Positions 60,226-64,000 of a stretch of DNA of 64,000 nucleotides are shown piece by piece (the stretch's first letter is position 1; each line of letters opens with the position of its first letter). Source of the stretch: a virus. The position numbers and the translations under genes are program-made. The stretch covers positions 122,399-186,398 of the IMG/VR virus record IMGVR_UViG_3300003690_000002. One strand, 5' to 3'. The notes beneath the pieces were generated by a model. The model had not been told where the DNA came from, searched no databases, and saw only the letters and a list, made by a program, of their open reading frames with translations.

Positions 60226-63165
60226 TTAGATTCCCCTGTTAAATCGCCCCGCCTGGGTTGGGTTGCTGCGGAGAAAGATCGCAGTCATTTCAGCTTCACG
60301 ACCGGCGGATTGGCGCTCTGATGGTGTCATATTCTCGAATTCTTCTTGACGTTTCTTCCCGGCGGTGGCGGCGGTGGCGCCTTCAGTCTGACGGCAGCCT
60401 CTGGATGGGATGTTTAACTCAGACATTCCCGGTGTAAGTATACCAAAATCTTGCCATATACAATCAAGTGTTGTTTTATAATCCCCAGGGGACAAATCGT
60501 GTTTTACTTTAACTACAAAATAATACCCACCAAGACCTAACTTAAAAGCTGTGCTTCCAGCCATTGAAGGATTTCCAAATGGCGATGGGTTTATAAAAAC
60601 ATACTGTCCAGGCAAGAATAAGGGATTCCCAAACATAGACACATCTGCATCATAAATTTCACGAAATATTTCTGTATCACTGCCCCTGTAAGAAACGACA
60701 CGGTGTGATCGCAACATAGGCTGATCGGTTCTCTTAAAATCAACACTTCTTAATAAACCATTAGGTGAACCAATATTAAAATGATATATTCCATTATCAA
60801 AATCTTCAGATTTATCGCCTCTTAAAAATGTGGGTGCCATTGTATGACCATAAATATATAAAATACTTTTTTGTTGGTTATCTCGTCTCCTATATGCCTT
60901 TGGTTTAAATGTTATAGTATCCGCACAATATCTGCGCCCTGATTTAAATTTTAATTGTGCATCATTATAGTCAGGAATTATAAGTTCTGATATTCCAATT
61001 GTTACTGGGAAAACTTGCTCCGCACCTCCCTCATAGCACTGTTTTCCCATTGCTGGCACTACTAAATCTTTTATTATATCTCGAAGAAAATCATCAAGCG
61101 AATACGATTCTCGCAAAGGTTCGATAACGTTTTTAATGTACCATACATTAAATAAATCCATCGAAATTGGAATTTCAGTTATATTAATTGTCTTATACTC
61201 TGCAGTAATTGGATCTAAATATCGAAACGGCCCTACTAAAACGCCTAAATTACCGGCATCAGCGACCCATTCTGAATCAGAATCGTCACATCGGTTAGAT
61301 GTTCTTTCTTGCATTGTGTCAAAGACTGCATCTAATATGTCTCCTAAAAACATATAATAAAATTTTGTAAAACCTGCTTGAGAGGGGCGATTTAACGTTT
61401 CTGAGTCTATCTTAAGAGTAGCAGCATTAGAGGCGTCTCTCCGGTTTGCAACCTGGGTTGCGTTTTCCGTGAGGTGGTGCTTATTAACTTCTTTATTATA
61501 ACTTGCTGCCGAGGCGACTGCAGTTCCCTTTCCGGCAGTGGATGCTTCTATAACTCCGCCAAGTTTTTCTGCTGTGGCGTTTTCTTTGGTGGTTCCACCT
61601 GTAGCCGATGCGAACTTCATTTGTCCAAATCTATAAGCTTTAACTCCTTGCGTTCCTTGTGTGCGTAGCATGGCTTTTTCGTGTTTTGCAATCGCCTTGA
61701 TTGCTTCCTCGCTCTCTGCCTTATTCTTAGACTTTTTTCTCCTCTCCCAGTGTGCTCTCGTTCCTTCACTCCACTGCGCAGCTCGTCGTTGCGCTGTGAT
61801 GTCTTCGGTGGATTCCTGCGATGCACCTTTGCCGCCAAAGCCACCGATTGTCAAAGTACCCAGTTCGGATTCTGGCACCTCCACAAAAAATACGGAGTTT
61901 CTGCTTATCATCGCATCCAAAAGAGCCTGATATTTTCTGCCTCTTTCTACTTGCCTAATTCTCAACAAAGACAATTGAAGACTATCTTTGTGCAGCTTGT
62001 GTCCTAAAGTGTCGCTATCTTCAGATGGAATTGCTGGAGATTTTCCTCCGCCGGGCTCAGAATTGGTCGTCTTATCATGCTGGCGAGCACGGGAAGCCTG
62101 TTCCTCTCTTTTTCGCTGCTCTAACCTACTTTCTATATCAAATTCCCTTTGTGTTTTTTGTAAGTTAAATATGTCTGATCTTGCTCCTCTAAAACTACCC
62201 TCAATCCATCCACTATAAGATGCTTTTAATTCCAACATCCCATTTTCTTTAAATGAAAGCTCATGCTTCATTAATTCTAACCCAAGAATTAGTTTTGTAG
62301 TATATATTGCTTCTTTTAAATCTTCTGAAAAATCATCTAAAGCTTCAGGTACAACCCAACCAATTTCAGCCCTAATTCGATAAAATTTACCACTGTGAAA
62401 ACTATCCCATTTAAGCTTAGAGGGTGGAACAATTAAATCACCATATGAATATTCAAGATTATTCGGTCCGCTTCTTTGCGCCAAAAATGTTTCTGCACTG
62501 TCGAATAAAAAAGTTATATCTGCAGTGAGGGTTTTTGCCACAGGTTTCGATTGACCCTCATTTGTAAAACTAATATTTTTAATACCTGCACTATCGCCTC
62601 GAATGGCTTGGCTAGTTAATATATCTGCAGAGGTGGGGAGTTTCATAAATTTTCCGAACTTAAATTCAACTGGAATACTGTCTTTTTTTGCCGGATCCGG
62701 ATATACATGCTTAAATATTCGTATCATGGGAATTAAAGAAGAAAGTTGGTCTGGTGTTATGTTAATAAACTGCTTCATGGCGTCTGTCATGGTTAATTTA
62801 TTAAATAAAAGAGAGGGATCCCCCTCAACTGTAGAAAGATTTGACCATTTTTTCATTTTGCCAAAACCGCATTCACCAACATCTTTCATTTCGAGATAAA
62901 ATTTAGATAATTCATCGATAACACCAAATAAAATACATTGTTGTTGAACTCGACGAACTTTTGCCTGTTCTTCTATAGATACTTGCAGTTTTTCTCTATC
63001 AGCAGCTATTTCTGCCTCTGATGCTTCTGATTGACCTTCTACCCGTTCTTTTTTGCTCACATTGATATGCTGCGTCGATGCCGGATCGTCAGTGTAGCCG
63101 TAAGTTACTACCTTATATAGTGCAACAGCCGGAGAAAAAAGCGAGGGAATAAAGTCCAATCCCAT
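60226..63165 (-). CDS. putative baseplate hub/tail-associated protein
   Basis: 979 aa; C-terminal FGNP...PGQYV...GGYYFV.KVKH pattern typical of hub proteins. Confidence 0.55.
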   Translation of the reverse strand: MGLDFIPSLFSPAVALYKVVTYGYTDDPASTQHINVSKKERVEGQSEASEAEIAADREKLQVSIEEQAKVRRVQQQCILFGVIDELSKFYLEMKDVGECGFGKMKKWSNLSTVEGDPSLLFNKLTMTDAMKQFINITPDQLSSLIPMIRIFKHVYPDPAKKDSIPVEFKFGKFMKLPTSADILTSQAIRGDSAGIKNISFTNEGQSKPVAKTLTADITFLFDSAETFLAQRSGPNNLEYSYGDLIVPPSKLKWDSFHSGKFYRIRAEIGWVVPEALDDFSEDLKEAIYTTKLILGLELMKHELSFKENGMLELKASYSGWIEGSFRGARSDIFNLQKTQREFDIESRLEQRKREEQASRARQHDKTTNSEPGGGKSPAIPSEDSDTLGHKLHKDSLQLSLLRIRQVERGRKYQALLDAMISRNSVFFVEVPESELGTLTIGGFGGKGASQESTEDITAQRRAAQWSEGTRAHWERRKKSKNKAESEEAIKAIAKHEKAMLRTQGTQGVKAYRFGQMKFASATGGTTKENATAEKLGGVIEASTAGKGTAVASAASYNKEVNKHHLTENATQVANRRDASNAATLKIDSETLNRPSQAGFTKFYYMFLGDILDAVFDTMQERTSNRCDDSDSEWVADAGNLGVLVGPFRYLDPITAEYKTINITEIPISMDLFNVWYIKNVIEPLRESYSLDDFLRDIIKDLVVPAMGKQCYEGGAEQVFPVTIGISELIIPDYNDAQLKFKSGRRYCADTITFKPKAYRRRDNQQKSILYIYGHTMAPTFLRGDKSEDFDNGIYHFNIGSPNGLLRSVDFKRTDQPMLRSHRVVSYRGSDTEIFREIYDADVSMFGNPLFLPGQYVFINPSPFGNPSMAGSTAFKLGLGGYYFVVKVKHDLSPGDYKTTLDCIWQDFGILTPGMSELNIPSRGCRQTEGATAATAGKKRQEEFENMTPSERQSAGREAEMTAIFLRSNPTQAGRFNRGI

Positions 63166-63223
63166 TTACTCTGTCCTCCAAGTCAACATTGATATTGTCC
63201 GCTGTAATACTTTTATAATGATT

Positions 63224-63565
63224 TTATACATCTAACATCTCCAATATATCATCTAGCGGTAGTGGTATGCTCACTATATCTCCAAGTGCAAGATGCGCTT
63301 CCGTTGGAGTACGATTAAACCATGCTATAACCCACCACAGTTTTGACATACCATAGTGCTTATGTGCTAATTTATAAAATCTATCTCCAATCGTCCAAAT
63401 ATGACCAATGACTGTTAAACGCGATACTTCTATGGCTGATGGGTATGGCATCACTGGTGTGCCAAAGTGAGTTATATATTGTCGATTTCTATCTGCCAAG
63501 ATTTCTGAGTAAGCTGGTAGTGAATTATTAATTATCCTTCTGCCATCATATCTGCTAATTGCCAT
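63224..63565 (-). CDS. LysM-like baseplate/tail protein
   Basis: GDRFYKLAHKHYG...WWVIAWFN...GDIVSIP. Confidence 0.75.
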   Translation of the reverse strand: MAISRYDGRRIINNSLPAYSEILADRNRQYITHFGTPVMPYPSAIEVSRLTVIGHIWTIGDRFYKLAHKHYGMSKLWWVIAWFNRTPTEAHLALGDIVSIPLPLDDILEMLDV

Positions 63566-63589
63566 TATTATATTCTCCTATAGGTTCAA

Positions 63590-64000
63590 CTATTGTCCAA
63601 GCTTGTCGACAAGCGACGGGGCGAACGGGCTCGACGGAACCTCGCCTGCTATCCTCAGAGTGCCAGCCTCAGCCAATGTTTCGTTTTTTCGGCTGGATGG
63701 AGTCCCATTGTTCTTGCCCGACCCGGCTGGCGAAGCGGTTGTTACAGCCTTATCTACAACCGTATCTTCGCTCCTTTGACTAGATCGCATAATAGATGTT
63801 CCATATGGATATCTACCAAAGCCAAATGGTTGAGGGGCGCCTTGTTGGGTCCATCCAAGTTGATGAGTGTGTATAACACTAATCTCTGTGCTTAAAGCTA
63901 TTTCTTGAGGATACATACTACCATCAATTATAAATGCGCCATAATCAAAGTTTGGTGTAAAAGTTAAACCGCTTAAGGCACCAAGAAGACCTGAAACTGC
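63590..64000 (-). CDS. putative tail/baseplate protein (5'-partial)
   Basis: Frame is open to the window edge (AVSGLLGALSGLTFTPNFDYG...YPQEIAL...VIH). Confidence 0.6.
   Translation of the reverse strand, partial: AVSGLLGALSGLTFTPNFDYGAFIIDGSMYPQEIALSTEISVIHTHQLGWTQQGAPQPFGFGRYPYGTSIMRSSQRSEDTVVDKAVTTASPAGSGKNNGTPSSRKNETLAEAGTLRIAGEVPSSPFAPSLVDKLGQ

Noticed and set aside
1-64000. Stop-codon reassignment, as in some huge phages
   Set aside because: Core genes are full length in the standard code, and TAA, TAG and TGA all end genes at expected positions.

Overview
This is a fragment of a large, AT-rich tailed-phage (jumbo/huge myovirus-like) genome. Every credible gene lies on the minus strand and reads in the standard code. 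(1) About 1.1-17.3 kb is an early/accessory region driven by host-type sigma70 promoters; seven copies match TTGACA-N14-TGAGATAAT. It holds about 24 paralogous small GD(L)V (KOW/SH3-like) genes. Many are chained by a conserved ~31-nt junction that is at once the last codons and stop of one gene and the Shine-Dalgarno, start and first codons of the next. This region also has a promoter- and terminator-bounded structured non-coding transcript, tRNA-Leu, a MoxR-type AAA/VWA-peptidase pair and an inverted-repeat element before a nuclease-like gene. (2) At 0.4-0.9 kb and 16.5-25.7 kb, unrelated proteins share one of two N-terminal leaders (MKLTKSKLKQIIKEE or MKLLLENWRKY), possibly capsid-targeting tags. 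A CglF/GltF-like gene and membrane lipid enzymes sit among them. (3) About 25.8-58.8 kb is a core block: Hsp20, GroEL, a divergent GroES, DnaK, two ClpP, Mom-like protein, IMPDH/GMPR, endolysin, dUTPase, DnaE, SLT, class II RNR, helicase, tRNA-Ile(UAU), tRNA-Arg(UCU), 5'-3' exonuclease, RecA/UvsX, gp32-like SSB, a tubulin-like protein and a PolA-like polymerase domain. (4) From 58.8 kb to the window end are probable baseplate/tail genes. Product calls come from motif recognition by eye, with no database search. Several starts were corrected relative to the ORF track, and some ORFs under 60 aa were read by hand.
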